Shown: positions 6,562 through 15,931 of the stretch, piece by piece
Numbering within the stretch: position 1 is the first letter of the stretch
Layout: every line of letters begins with the position of its first letter
Origin: Escherichia phage vB_EcoS_AKFV33
Strand: one strand, 5' to 3'
Sequence record: NC_017969.1
Length of the DNA: 64,000 bases
Translations under genes and position numbers: made by a program
Notes under the pieces: generated by a model
Database searches by the model: none
Seen by the model: only the letters and a program-made list of their open reading frames with translations
Told to the model about the DNA's origin: nothing

Positions 6562-6996
6562 TTAGAAAAATTCGCTAGCAATCAAAGCAGTTGTTTTACC
6601 TTCATAACGCCCTGGAAACTCTGCCTTAATGGTTTTCATTAAGAGAGCTTTGGTAATGCCGGGGTTTAGCTTAACCAGTTCTGCAAAGTATTTACGAATT
6701 TCAGTTTCAGTCAGTTGACTTGGCTGATACTCTTGCAGCATGGAATAAAGCAGTTGCTCATAGTCTACATCAGTAGGAACTTTCGTACCAACTTTAATAG
6801 CGCGCTGCTTTGCATTTTCTAGAGCCTTAATCTGAGCTTTCAGATAGGCTACGAACTCGGTTCGAGTAACAATATCTTTATCAATACGTTGCAGGTCGCC
6901 AATCATGGTCTGAAGATTAAGCGCCCGCTCTTTATCACCGTGAGTACGTGCTAGACTAAGCAGTCCACGAAGGGTCATTAGGATATTTTCACCCAT
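6562..6996 (-). CDS. GatB/YqeY-like domain protein
   Basis: C-terminal pattern EYQPSQLTETEI...KALLMKTIKAEFPGRYEGKTTALIASE resembles YqeY family. Confidence 0.5.
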   Translation of the reverse strand: MGENILMTLRGLLSLARTHGDKERALNLQTMIGDLQRIDKDIVTRTEFVAYLKAQIKALENAKQRAIKVGTKVPTDVDYEQLLYSMLQEYQPSQLTETEIRKYFAELVKLNPGITKALLMKTIKAEFPGRYEGKTTALIASEFF

Positions 6997-7166
6997 TATT
7001 TCATCCCCAGTGCTTGGTTAAAAGATTGCTCTGTCATAACTGCTGAGACTTTGGCGAAATCAAACTTTTTAGGGTTCGTAGTGATTTCAGCAACGTTAGA
7101 AGTTTTAACAGTTTTCGTAGTACGAATACCGCGAGTGTTAACACCAATAATTACAACTGATTTCAT
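6996..7166 (-). CDS. small hypothetical protein (~56 aa)
   Basis: manual translation MKSVVIIGVNTRGIRTTKTV...; stop overlaps ATG of downstream ORF (TAATG). Confidence 0.3.
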   Translation of the reverse strand: MKSVVIIGVNTRGIRTTKTVKTSNVAEITTNPKKFDFAKVSAVMTEQSFNQALGMK

Positions 7167-7197
7167 ATTTCGCTTCCTCTCATTAATTTATGAAAGT

Positions 7198-7226
7198 ATT
7201 ATACAGAAATTTAAGTAGTTAAGCAA
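7198..7226 (-). promoter_or_regulatory. early promoter (TTGCTT-17-TATAAT)
   Basis: motif plus downstream TTTCATAAATT box. Confidence 0.5.
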
Positions 7227-7234
7227 GTAACTTT

Positions 7235-7702
7235 TTAAGTTTTAGTGACAACAGGTTTATAGAATGTATGTCCCTTAATCTTAGTTGTTTTCTTAAATTT
7301 CTTTGTCCAGTAAGGTTTATCTTTACCACTATGGAAGTATAGTGCTCCATGTGTAGGATCTTGTGGTAAATCAACGTAGTATATCACTCTAGCTAAATTC
7401 TTAGCGGTTTGCCAAGCCTCATCAGTTTTATCAACTTTTGGTCTCTTAGATACCCAAGAGAACTGGTTAGACTGATATACTACTTTACAGTAGGAATCTG
7501 GGAATTTACCGGAGTTTACACGGTTTTTAGTAACATGTGCAATTGCCGTCATTCCCTTTATGCCCTCACCACGACTCTCGAAATAGATATTTTTAGCAAT
7601 GCAATCTATTTCTTTTGCATCGTGCGATGCCTGACTACTAAAGCTGAAGGTAAGGGCAGCTACTAAAAGCAAAGCTGCCTTCATTCTTTTTACTCCTGCC
7701 AA
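7235..7702 (-). CDS. secreted cell-wall hydrolase, SleB-like
   Basis: signal peptide MKAALLLVAALTFSFSSQA; IAKNIYFESRGEG...AIAHVTKNRV...YCKVVYQSNQFSW motifs. Confidence 0.6.
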   Translation of the reverse strand: MAGVKRMKAALLLVAALTFSFSSQASHDAKEIDCIAKNIYFESRGEGIKGMTAIAHVTKNRVNSGKFPDSYCKVVYQSNQFSWVSKRPKVDKTDEAWQTAKNLARVIYYVDLPQDPTHGALYFHSGKDKPYWTKKFKKTTKIKGHTFYKPVVTKT

Positions 7703-8007
7703 TCATATTCAACACGATTGGGATTTTCTTTATACCCTAAGTCAAGCAAATCATTACGCATATTTTGCTTAGCTACTGGGTTCGAGGTTACTAGTACCAC
7801 TTTCTTTGGTCTCTGCCCAAATTCTAAGAGTAAACGAAGAATTTGATAACCTTCCATACCATCTACAGCCAAGTCATTATCCATATAAACGAAATGGCCG
7901 GTGGTATCAGTTTTATTCAGAAACTCTACAGCGGCTTCTGGGGTTCGAATGATAATGTCCATTCCGTGAAGATTACGCACATCATCAATCAAAATATGAA
8001 AAGTCAT
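7690..8007 (-). CDS. stand-alone receiver-domain-like protein (CheY-like fold?)
   Basis: ILIDDV (acidic pair), YMDNDL, VVLVTSNP, AKQ in REC-like order. Confidence 0.4.
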   Translation of the reverse strand: MTFHILIDDVRNLHGMDIIIRTPEAAVEFLNKTDTTGHFVYMDNDLAVDGMEGYQILRLLLEFGQRPKKVVLVTSNPVAKQNMRNDLLDLGYKENPNRVEYDWQE

Positions 8008-8037
8008 AATAGCCTCGTTTCATCAATTTAAAAATAT

Positions 8038-8066
8038 ATTATACATATAATTTAGTAGATTAGCAA
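8038..8066 (-). promoter_or_regulatory. early promoter (TTGCTA-17-TATAAT)
   Basis: motif read on minus strand. Confidence 0.5.
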
Positions 8067-8449
8067 ATACATTTTTAAATTGTGAAACTAGTAAACCGAT
8101 AAACAGCCTAGAGGCGCCACAGGCCATATCTTATGAGCCATGTACCTTTGATCTAGGGTTTGAATCATCAACGAATACTTTGCATCTTTTAGCTTTAGAA
8201 GTTTAGAAGTTTGAGTTCTTTAAACTTTTCAGCTTTCATACTTAAATGTTGATCTTTGAAGTTGTGTCGGTAATATCAACGACGCTTTGTTCTTACGTGT
8301 CAGCTTAAAAGGCTGGTGTAATAAACATAATCTCCAATAGATTATACTTTATAGTATGGTCAGCGGTCTTATTTAACCTCGTATTTCAACCGCTGCTGCG
8401 AGGTAAGATGCTTGGGCTTTCGTCTACCGATTTACTAGCTTTTAAATTA

Positions 8450-9088
8450 TTACTCTACTTCAATGAAGGTAGAAGCGTTAGACTCGGACAGAACAAAGTC
8501 AACATTTGTTGCAAAGTCCTGATATTCCTCGTCATGCTGCTTAATCAGCTTTTCCAGTTCCAGCGGATCAATCAAGAATGGAGTATTCTTGAGTTCCAGC
8601 AGGTTGAGCTGCATTTTAACTTCATCTTCGGAAGTTTTCTTATCGCGGGTAGCCATGCTATCCTGCAAACGCTCATATTTAGCATCAAACTGTGCTTTCT
8701 GCGTATTAAACTTAACCGTAGCGGCATGGAACTGCTTACGCATGTTAGCCAGTAGTTGGGCTTTAAGTTCCATAGAACGCTTAGCTTCAATTGCTTCCGC
8801 AACAGTCATCTTACGAGAGCCAATCTCAACGATTGTTTCCGCATTGCTTTTAATCAGAGCAGCTTTGATACGATCACGCTGGGACATCATATCCAGCAGA
8901 GACTGGAAATCAGTCTTAATACGAGTAGACAGATCAGCTACTTCGATTGCAGCGCCAACTACAACTTGGTTTTTATCCTTACCTTCACCAACAGCGATCA
9001 GAAGCTGCTGTTCAGTAGCTTTACGGATTTTAGCTTCCAGAGATTTGATAGTTGCCAGAGCGCGAGTTTTAGAAATACGAGTAGTCAT
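8450..9088 (-). CDS. hypothetical protein (212 aa), coiled-coil rich
   Basis: ORF track. Confidence 0.5.
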   Translation of the reverse strand: MTTRISKTRALATIKSLEAKIRKATEQQLLIAVGEGKDKNQVVVGAAIEVADLSTRIKTDFQSLLDMMSQRDRIKAALIKSNAETIVEIGSRKMTVAEAIEAKRSMELKAQLLANMRKQFHAATVKFNTQKAQFDAKYERLQDSMATRDKKTSEDEVKMQLNLLELKNTPFLIDPLELEKLIKQHDEEYQDFATNVDFVLSESNASTFIEVE

Positions 9089-9141
9089 TATTTGCTTCCT
9101 TATATGAAGTTTGAGATTTGAATTTGTTTAAAGTTGGTCTA

Positions 9142-9324
9142 TTACAGACCAATTGCCAGCAGAGTGCGTAGAACAGTATCATTACTGTTATCAATTTTAG
9201 GATTAGCACGATTTAGCAGATCAAAGATTTTCTGGATACCTGATTGACGTTCAGCCATACGACGGATACCCAGATTACGAGTAGCTTTCTTACCATTTTT
9301 ACGAACATTTTTAGATACTGGCAT
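9142..9324 (-). CDS. hypothetical basic protein (60 aa)
   Basis: ORF track. Confidence 0.4.
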   Translation of the reverse strand: MPVSKNVRKNGKKATRNLGIRRMAERQSGIQKIFDLLNRANPKIDNSNDTVLRTLLAIGL

Positions 9325-9364
9325 ATATGTTTTCCTTTTATTGTTTTCTCAAATTTATGAATAT

Positions 9365-9393
9365 ATTATACAGAATTTTGGGGCCGGAAGCAA
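9365..9393 (-). promoter_or_regulatory. early promoter (TTGCTT-17-TATAAT)
   Basis: motif plus ATTCATAAATT box. Confidence 0.5.
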
Positions 9394-9394
9394 A

Positions 9395-10096
9395 TCAAAT
9401 TTTCATTTTTTCGATCATAGCTGCAACACAATAGCTTTCAACTAAGGCATCAAATGCAGGATCATGCTTAACCGGATAGATCCCATAACGAATAGTGTCC
9501 ATCTTCTCCATTTTAGCTATTGCCCAGCTAATACCTTCGGTCTCTAGAGCCTTATAACTGTATCCAGCTTGCATCCAGAGATTACGAAGAGATCGAACAT
9601 TGCCCAAATTCCAGAATTTCCACGGAACTACCTCTTCATTGGTTCCAGCATGGAACGTGTTTGCAGAGTAGATAGTCATATCAAACTCTGGGCCATTGCC
9701 ATAATACAAAGCATTTTCACCTAGAGCCAACTCCATAATATTTTGAGCCATAGAGAAGGCAGCATAGTTTGAGCCTAATTTATTAGTGCAATGATGTTTA
9801 CCATTTTGGAAGGCAATCAGTTTTGGATTACGTTCCTTCATGGCTTCCATAATGTGGATAGCAGACGGGCTATTTTTAGCTTGATCCATCCAGAATGCTA
9901 GAGTAGATGCTGTAACTTTGGCACCAGAATTAAGCTGATCCTGCACATCCAAAGTAGCAAATACTAAGTCAGGGTCTTTATCAATCCCATGCATAGCCAC
10001 AAAAGCGAAAGAAGGCATTGCGATATGAGTAGTACCACAATCTCCTGGAGTTCCTAGAGATTCAATATCTAGCATACCAAATGGTTTTACTTTCAT
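9395..10096 (-). CDS. DEDD-family 3'-5' exonuclease
   Basis: Exo I motif MLDIESLG near N-terminus, Exo III-like HDPAFDA near C-terminus. Confidence 0.6.
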   Translation of the reverse strand: MKVKPFGMLDIESLGTPGDCGTTHIAMPSFAFVAMHGIDKDPDLVFATLDVQDQLNSGAKVTASTLAFWMDQAKNSPSAIHIMEAMKERNPKLIAFQNGKHHCTNKLGSNYAAFSMAQNIMELALGENALYYGNGPEFDMTIYSANTFHAGTNEEVVPWKFWNLGNVRSLRNLWMQAGYSYKALETEGISWAIAKMEKMDTIRYGIYPVKHDPAFDALVESYCVAAMIEKMKI

Positions 10097-10124
10097 AACT
10101 TATCCTTTATTGTGTAGAAAACTA

Positions 10125-10361
10125 TTAAAGAGCTGTCTCTTTAATAGACTCCCACTTCTTGGGGTCTTTAAAACCAGGAAGCATATCCTCACTGACATCC
10201 CAGTTCTCTTCCATAGAGAAGTCGGGCCAGTCATTCCAGCTACCTTCCAGCTCTTCATAACAGGTATCCATTACTTCATGACTAGAAAGTCGTATATAAT
10301 CCCTAGCTGACTTATGGGTGCTAGCACGGTTAAAATCATTCTTTGCTACAAAATTACGCAT
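10125..10361 (-). CDS. hypothetical acidic protein (78 aa)
   Basis: ORF track. Confidence 0.45.
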   Translation of the reverse strand: MRNFVAKNDFNRASTHKSARDYIRLSSHEVMDTCYEELEGSWNDWPDFSMEENWDVSEDMLPGFKDPKKWESIKETAL

Positions 10362-10369
10362 AGTTTCTC

Positions 10370-10394
10370 CAAATAAGAGGGGCTTTCGCCCCCT
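10370..10394 (-). terminator. rho-independent terminator
   Basis: GC-rich hairpin GGGGGC-GAAA-GCCCCTC followed by T-rich run on minus strand. Confidence 0.55.
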
Positions 10395-10402
10395 GATTTA
10401 AA

Positions 10403-10618
10403 TCACTTGCCCAGCAGTTTAAGGATATTTTCCATAATAGTTTGGGCAGATTTTTCGCTCTTGTTGGTTTCAGCCAACTTTAAAGCGAGTTCTTCCTGCT
10501 GTTTCTGAATATCCGCAGCAATTTTTTGATCAGCCTCAATACGAGCTTGAAGCTCATCAGTGATAGTGGTAAAGGAAGCAACGATTTCAGTAACGGAACG
10601 TGGTTTCTTAGAGAACAT
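10403..10618 (-). CDS. hypothetical protein (71 aa)
   Basis: ORF track; followed by hairpin terminator. Confidence 0.45.
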   Translation of the reverse strand: MFSKKPRSVTEIVASFTTITDELQARIEADQKIAADIQKQQEELALKLAETNKSEKSAQTIMENILKLLGK

Positions 10619-10681
10619 AAAAATATCCTTGATTAGTTAGAGAATTAGTAGATTGTAGGGGCTTCTGCCCCTATTTATCTA

Positions 10682-11197
10682 TTACTTCGCTTTACGCTTG
10701 CGAGCTGGTTTAGCAGATTTACGAGCAGAATCACCCGTGAACTTAATGCCTACACCGTAACACAGAGCACGAACATTATCTTTACTATACTCTACGCCAA
10801 AGATATTTGGCTTAACAGAACCAAACTGTCCACGAGTATCACGCAATACATCTGCTGTTGGTTTACGCTTCTGGTTAACTGCCTTCTCATAGTCTTTCAT
10901 AGACATACCATTACGAGAGAACAATTCAGCCCCAGCGTTGAAGCTCAGGGAAACTGGGACAGATTTGTGGCCGTAATTTTCTACATACATAACCATTTTG
11001 TAGGATTTACGGGTGGCATTTTTAGCTTTAGGCTTCTTACGAATCGGAGCCGGATTATTCAGTGCTTGCGCAGCCTGAGCATCGGTAGGATGCTTACGCA
11101 GGTGGCGTTCCAGACGAGCTTTGCGATTAGCCTCGGTCTGCGGGAAAGTTTTAACTGCCGGAGCTGCTTGAGTTTTTGCGTTTTTCTGCTTAGCCAT
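10682..11197 (-). CDS. hypothetical basic protein (171 aa), possible nucleic-acid binding
   Basis: Lys/Arg-rich termini. Confidence 0.5.
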   Translation of the reverse strand: MAKQKNAKTQAAPAVKTFPQTEANRKARLERHLRKHPTDAQAAQALNNPAPIRKKPKAKNATRKSYKMVMYVENYGHKSVPVSLSFNAGAELFSRNGMSMKDYEKAVNQKRKPTADVLRDTRGQFGSVKPNIFGVEYSKDNVRALCYGVGIKFTGDSARKSAKPARKRKAK

Positions 11198-11235
11198 TAT
11201 TTGTTTTCCTTTTTGTTTATCAATTTATGAAGTAT

Positions 11236-11264
11236 ATTATACGAGAATTTGAAGCGTTTAGCAA
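11236..11264 (-). promoter_or_regulatory. early promoter (TTGCTA-17-TATAAT)
   Basis: motif plus CTTCATAAATT box. Confidence 0.5.
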
Positions 11265-11280
11265 ATGAATTTTTTAAAAA

Positions 11281-11559
11281 TTATCTACCAACCATCTTAG
11301 CTTGTTCGGCATCTGAGACATATTGATACGCTCCTTTATTATACGCTGGAGCAGTACACATTTTCTTACGCTCAATCTCTTCTTGAGCTTTTCTTTCGCG
11401 TTCAGCTAATTCTTCATCCAGGTAAACTAAACGTTGCTCTGGAGGAGGTGGGAGACGTGTTTCTGGCTCACCAATATTAGCCTTTCTTATTTGACGAGGT
11501 GATTGTGCACGTTTTCTCAATGGCTTAAATCCTAATGAATTTGAGTTATAAATCCGCAT
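11281..11559 (-). CDS. hypothetical protein (92 aa)
   Basis: ORF track. Confidence 0.45.
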   Translation of the reverse strand: MRIYNSNSLGFKPLRKRAQSPRQIRKANIGEPETRLPPPPEQRLVYLDEELAERERKAQEEIERKKMCTAPAYNKGAYQYVSDAEQAKMVGR

Positions 11560-11586
11560 AAAGCCCTCCTCACTTTCAATACGAAT

Positions 11587-11615
11587 ATTATACTAAATTA
11601 GAGGGCTTTAAGCAA
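11587..11615 (-). promoter_or_regulatory. early promoter (TTGCTT-17-TATAAT)
   Basis: motif upstream of rnhA. Confidence 0.5.
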
Positions 11616-11635
11616 GAAAATTTTTAATTTATTTA

Positions 11636-12112
11636 TTACATCTCGGCAAGTTCTTGCTCGGTAATAACTGTGTTACACAATGCATCTACAGCTTCATTAC
11701 CACTAATACCAGAATGACCTTTAACCTTAATAAAGGTAGGGTTAGTATTATGAAAGTTGATATACTGCTGTGTTAATTTAAATGCTTCCTGCCAAAGTTC
11801 TAGATTAAGAGGGACTTCACCATCTGCTTTCTTCCAGCCTTTCCTTTGCCAAGAAAACATCCAACTTTCCATACCATTTTTGCAATAAGCAGAGTCAGTA
11901 TAGATAGCAATTGGTCTATTATCTTTTTTAACAGACCAACGTAGAGCTTCTACAATAGCTGTGAGTTCCATCTCATTATTTGTAGTTTTAGGATTATAAC
12001 CAGATTTAGAACCCAAACGATCGTCGTTATCATCATAGACAATAAAACCCCAAGCACCTGGACCTGGGTTAGACTTACAAGCACCATCTGTGTAAATGTG
12101 GAAAACCGACAT
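11636..12112 (-). CDS. rnhA: ribonuclease H
   Basis: YTDGAC...NPGPGAWG...NNEMELTAI...YTDS...VKGHSGISGNEAVDALC pattern. Confidence 0.8.
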   Translation of the reverse strand: MSVFHIYTDGACKSNPGPGAWGFIVYDDNDDRLGSKSGYNPKTTNNEMELTAIVEALRWSVKKDNRPIAIYTDSAYCKNGMESWMFSWQRKGWKKADGEVPLNLELWQEAFKLTQQYINFHNTNPTFIKVKGHSGISGNEAVDALCNTVITEQELAEM

Positions 12113-12375
12113 TATTTTTCACCTTCTGTTACAACTCTAGTTTTTGGCGGAATTGGAGGCATTGGTGGAACTCTTGGGTACTCTCTTTGTGGACCATTTG
12201 ATGCTAAAGACGGCTCAGGAGGCTTAGGTTTTATAGCCTCTAATTCCCTATCCAAGAATTCCTCTATTGCTCTATCTACAAAGTAGTCATAAGGTAAATG
12301 ATAGTATTCTGATAGAGTAAGAAGTTTGTGTTCTTGCCTTTCTGTTAAATAAATTTTCTTTCTAAAGAGTCCCAT
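12112..12375 (-). CDS. hypothetical protein (87 aa), Pro-rich C-terminus
   Basis: ORF track. Confidence 0.45.
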   Translation of the reverse strand: MGLFRKKIYLTERQEHKLLTLSEYYHLPYDYFVDRAIEEFLDRELEAIKPKPPEPSLASNGPQREYPRVPPMPPIPPKTRVVTEGEK

Positions 12376-12401
12376 ATGTATACCTCCAATTTATAAAATA
12401 T

Positions 12402-12430
12402 ATTATATTTAAATTTCACTAAATAAGCAA
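12402..12430 (-). promoter_or_regulatory. early promoter (TTGCTT-17-TATAAT)
   Basis: motif upstream of 87-aa ORF. Confidence 0.5.
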
Positions 12431-12469
12431 ATGAAATTTAAATATAATAGCCCCGAAGGGCTATTTGAG

Positions 12470-12823
12470 TTAAATTATAATCAAGATTATGAGAGCATAG
12501 GTTAAGTAATGGAGTAACTGATCAAATCCTAAAGCTATCCAAAACTTGGAATCACTTATATCGTATTTACAGCGTTGTGCTTTCCAGTAATCTATGATAA
12601 AGTGTAGGATTAATTCCATTATAGCTAAAGTTATAGCCATTCCTAGTGATGTGAACATAGTAAGAATTATAAAGGTTAGTCCAGCATGTACTAGAGAATG
12701 GGTTAGTAATGGAAGTTTCCATCCTATTTTGTGAGTCTTCCTTAACATGTATGGAGTTTGGAGGGGATAATCAGCCATAAAATGTTTCAGGAAGAATATA
12801 ACAAATAATAATATTGTAAACAT
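12470..12823 (-). CDS. small integral membrane protein
   Basis: three to four hydrophobic helices. Confidence 0.5.
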   Translation of the reverse strand: MFTILLFVIFFLKHFMADYPLQTPYMLRKTHKIGWKLPLLTHSLVHAGLTFIILTMFTSLGMAITLAIMELILHFIIDYWKAQRCKYDISDSKFWIALGFDQLLHYLTYALIILIII

Positions 12824-12826
12824 ATA

Positions 12827-13681
12827 TTATACCGTAAAGGGGTATGCAATAGCAGGATGGTGTTTGTAACCACGAACAGTAAAATCATCCTTACTTACCC
12901 AGGTCAATACATCCTCCAGAGTTCGGATATTTGGATTGATTTCTAGAGTAGGATGTGCAAAAGGTTCACGATCGAATTGCTTATGCTCCATCAAAACATT
13001 ATACTGATCCTCATAGATATGAAGATTGATAATCTTCTGGCGTGCAATTCCTGGTTTAAGGCCTGTAATCTGTGCCATTAATGCTAGAAGCGTATAGCAC
13101 TGAACCATGTTAAATACTTGGCCTAACAGGAAGTCATTAGATCTCTGAAAAGAGTTCAGGTATAATGTATCTCCCAAAATAGAGAACTGATGAGTGTGCA
13201 TACATGGACGTAAGCAACCTTTCGAGAACTCTCCAGGATTCCAGAAGGTTAGAATTTCCCCACGATCATCAATGCCCTTCTTCAGGTTATGATAAATCTT
13301 GGCTAGTTGGTCAAACATAAGACCATCGGAATTAGTCCACTGACGTCCTTGAACACCATAGACTCGTCCCATATCATCCTCACCTTTGCGATATGGATTG
13401 TCTAGCCAAGCTAAGTTTTCATTTGCATTAGCATTCCATGTGTTAACACCAATAGCGCGGAATTGTGCTGCTGAATCATACCCACGCAGATACCCAATCA
13501 TTTCCATTATTGCTTGTTTTGCAAACGCCTTACGAGTAGTAATAAGGGGGAATTCCCCTGCACCTACGTTAAAAGTAAAGTCTGCGTCAATAATGGTGAG
13601 GCAACGAACCCCCGTTCTAGGATTCGTTACCCACTGACCCTCTGATAGAATATGTTTTCCAACTTCGATATACTGATCCAT
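12827..13681 (-). CDS. thyA: thymidylate synthase
   Basis: ThyA-like length and motifs ([21 protein letters not shown]). Confidence 0.85.
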   Translation of the reverse strand: MDQYIEVGKHILSEGQWVTNPRTGVRCLTIIDADFTFNVGAGEFPLITTRKAFAKQAIMEMIGYLRGYDSAAQFRAIGVNTWNANANENLAWLDNPYRKGEDDMGRVYGVQGRQWTNSDGLMFDQLAKIYHNLKKGIDDRGEILTFWNPGEFSKGCLRPCMHTHQFSILGDTLYLNSFQRSNDFLLGQVFNMVQCYTLLALMAQITGLKPGIARQKIINLHIYEDQYNVLMEHKQFDREPFAHPTLEINPNIRTLEDVLTWVSKDDFTVRGYKHHPAIAYPFTV

Positions 13682-14214
13682 TAATAGGTAACCAATTCCT
13701 GTACAAATCGCAGGCTGTTATCACTGTTTGCGCCAGTTGCGTAAACTAAACGAGTAGATTCATAGTTGTAATCTAGAATCGTATTATCCAGATGTACATC
13801 TGCCTCTAGTTTTTGATCACTAAAGATTGTGGATACGAAAGCACTTTCAATATGACCATGAATATACATTTCGTACAGTAATGTTGCGCCACCTAAAACC
13901 ACTGTCTGTTGATCTTTTAAGAATGTAGGCAATGTATCCCCAATCTTAGAAATTGGAATGTAAATATCATGCGTAATATCGTCTGGCAGTGGACGATCAG
14001 CACGAATAAATAGATCAGAAGCCCCAATCATACGTTCCCTAACGGCGTATGGAAGAGCTAAATAAGTACCAGCACCAATGATGATGTTATCTGGATTCAA
14101 CACGTCCAGTTGAGAATAGAAAGCATCTAGTTCTTCTTTGAAGGAACCCCATGGAAGTTTACCGTGGAGGCCGAACTCCCCATTCGGCCCAACTGCATAC
14201 ATTGCTGTAATCAT
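13681..14214 (-). CDS. folA: dihydrofolate reductase
   Basis: N-terminal [15 protein letters not shown]...LPW motif; 1-nt overlap with thyA start. Confidence 0.8.
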   Translation of the reverse strand: MITAMYAVGPNGEFGLHGKLPWGSFKEELDAFYSQLDVLNPDNIIIGAGTYLALPYAVRERMIGASDLFIRADRPLPDDITHDIYIPISKIGDTLPTFLKDQQTVVLGGATLLYEMYIHGHIESAFVSTIFSDQKLEADVHLDNTILDYNYESTRLVYATGANSDNSLRFVQELVTY

Positions 14215-15356
14215 AAGAAATCTCCAAATTCATTACCCAGATCTTTCAGAGTATCAGTAGAGGTTTCGGTGACTTGACCTACACGATATGCTGCACCAAT
14301 CTGGATTTCTTGTGGAGCAGGCTGTAAAGAAGTGGTATCCAACCAGTTCATGATCCACGGAATAGGGTTTTTGGTGATTACTGGTAAATGACTAGGCCAT
14401 TCTACACCGATGTGCATAAATGCATTACGTCCCACAAAATACAGATATTCTTCTAGAAGTTCTGCATTTAAACCAATCAGACTACGACCTTTGAAAATGA
14501 AATGACCCCATTCAATTTCAGTTTTCAGAGTTTTCAGAAGCTGTGCGGGTGCTTTAGCCAATGCTTCATCCACCAGATCTTTGTCAAACTGCTGGAACAT
14601 AATCTGGATGATTGCTTTAGACATCTGAGTGTGTAGAGCTTCATCTTTAGCGATTAGTTGTAGGTTTTTAGCAATACCTTGCAGAATATCGTTCTCTGCT
14701 AATGCAAAGGTACATGCAAAGGATGCGTAAAACTGCATTGCTTCCAGACCGTAGATTGCAAAGTAAGCGTCTAATAGCTTAGCCTGAGTTTCACGTTTAA
14801 CTTCAGGGAACTCAGTTTCTGGATACGTATTGTCGCCACGATGATCGCGTACTGCGATGAAATACTGACCTAACTGATATAGCTCATCAAATAGCTCAAC
14901 AGAATCAGCGATGCGTGCGAATGCTTCCTGGTTTTTGGTTACAGAATCAATAAATTCTGCTGGATCAGTCAGCACATTACGAATAATATTGCTATAAGCA
15001 CGACTATGCAGATCTTCAAAATAGCTCCACTGCTTGAGCATACCTTCCAATTCTGGGCGACTTACAAGTGGCATAATAGCTGCTTCAGGGGCACGACTGA
15101 TAAAGGAGTCAGTTTGAGTTTGCCATGCTAAGTTCAGGAGTGTAATTTCCTGAATTTCACGCGGGAGATTACCCCACTGCTTTTTATCAGCTTCAAGACT
15201 AATTTCAGTTTCAGTCCAGAACTGGGAACGCTGCAACAGAGCTAATCGCTCTAGTTCGGGGTGTGCCACACGCACATAATCTGCGATACCCAAAGAATCA
15301 CCTAGGAAAAGATCAGCGTTAGTATGGTCCCATTCTAAGTTAAGTAAAGTAGTCAT
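14211..15356 (-). CDS. nrdB: ribonucleotide reductase class Ia beta subunit
   Basis: NrdB-like length and di-iron ligand pattern. Confidence 0.85.
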   Translation of the reverse strand: MTTLLNLEWDHTNADLFLGDSLGIADYVRVAHPELERLALLQRSQFWTETEISLEADKKQWGNLPREIQEITLLNLAWQTQTDSFISRAPEAAIMPLVSRPELEGMLKQWSYFEDLHSRAYSNIIRNVLTDPAEFIDSVTKNQEAFARIADSVELFDELYQLGQYFIAVRDHRGDNTYPETEFPEVKRETQAKLLDAYFAIYGLEAMQFYASFACTFALAENDILQGIAKNLQLIAKDEALHTQMSKAIIQIMFQQFDKDLVDEALAKAPAQLLKTLKTEIEWGHFIFKGRSLIGLNAELLEEYLYFVGRNAFMHIGVEWPSHLPVITKNPIPWIMNWLDTTSLQPAPQEIQIGAAYRVGQVTETSTDTLKDLGNEFGDFL

Positions 15357-15850
15357 TTAGCTTCTCCGTTGTTTGCAAAGTCCCCATGAAGTTCTAGTAG
15401 TTTGATGTCTCTCCATTCTATAGCTTCTTCTAGGGTTTTAAAAGTTTTTGTGTAAGATTTGCCGTCTTTGCCTATCCTAACCTGAAATGAAGTGCCTTTT
15501 ACACGAATATTTTTCATTCCAAGCTGGTTATCCGCTCTTGCACACGAGTTCATAGAATTTTGAGAACTCGTGGCTTCACGGAGATTATCCCAGGCACAGT
15601 TGGACGGATTAGTATCTTTATGGTCGATTTTTCCTTCTGGTATTTCTCCAGTCATATACAAGAAGGCTAGGCGATGAGCTAAATATTGAACTCCTTCAAC
15701 TTTTATACGAAGATACCCTAATTTATCGTAGGTTCCTGCTTTAGCGTTCCATAAATGCTTTGCTAAAGTTTTTCTTGGGAGCCAGGTAAATTCGCCAGTT
15801 TCAGGGTCATAGGAGATTAGCTCTTTTAATCTACTCTGTGTTAATTTCAT
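15353..15850 (-). CDS. HNH homing endonuclease with AP2-type DNA-binding domain
   Basis: IDHKDTNPSNCAWDNLREATSSQN (HNH) plus KNIRVKGTSFQVRIGKDGKSYTKTF (AP2-like); inserted between nrdA and nrdB with own promoter. Confidence 0.75.
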   Translation of the reverse strand: MKLTQSRLKELISYDPETGEFTWLPRKTLAKHLWNAKAGTYDKLGYLRIKVEGVQYLAHRLAFLYMTGEIPEGKIDHKDTNPSNCAWDNLREATSSQNSMNSCARADNQLGMKNIRVKGTSFQVRIGKDGKSYTKTFKTLEEAIEWRDIKLLELHGDFANNGEAK

Positions 15851-15856
15851 ATAGAT

Positions 15857-15885
15857 ATTATAGCAAATCTGGTAGCGATTAGCAA
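15857..15885 (-). promoter_or_regulatory. promoter (TTGCTA-17-TATAAT) dedicated to the HNH endonuclease gene
   Basis: motif between nrdA terminator and HNH start. Confidence 0.5.
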
Positions 15886-15895
15886 GTAAAATTTC

Positions 15896-15930
15896 AAAGA
15901 AAAAGGAGACCCGAAGATCTCCTTGTTTTT
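15896..15930 (-). terminator. hairpin terminator after nrdA (possibly bidirectional)
   Basis: AAGGAGA-loop-TCTCCTT stem flanked by A-run and T-run. Confidence 0.55.
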
Positions 15931-15931
15931 A

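Noticed and set aside
8408-9121. Overlapping ORFs 8408-8755 (+), 8572-8802 (-), 8589-9107 (+), 8756-9121 (+)
   Set aside because: All overlap the 212-aa gene in other frames or strands; Ser/Leu/Cys-rich low-complexity translations typical of shadow ORFs
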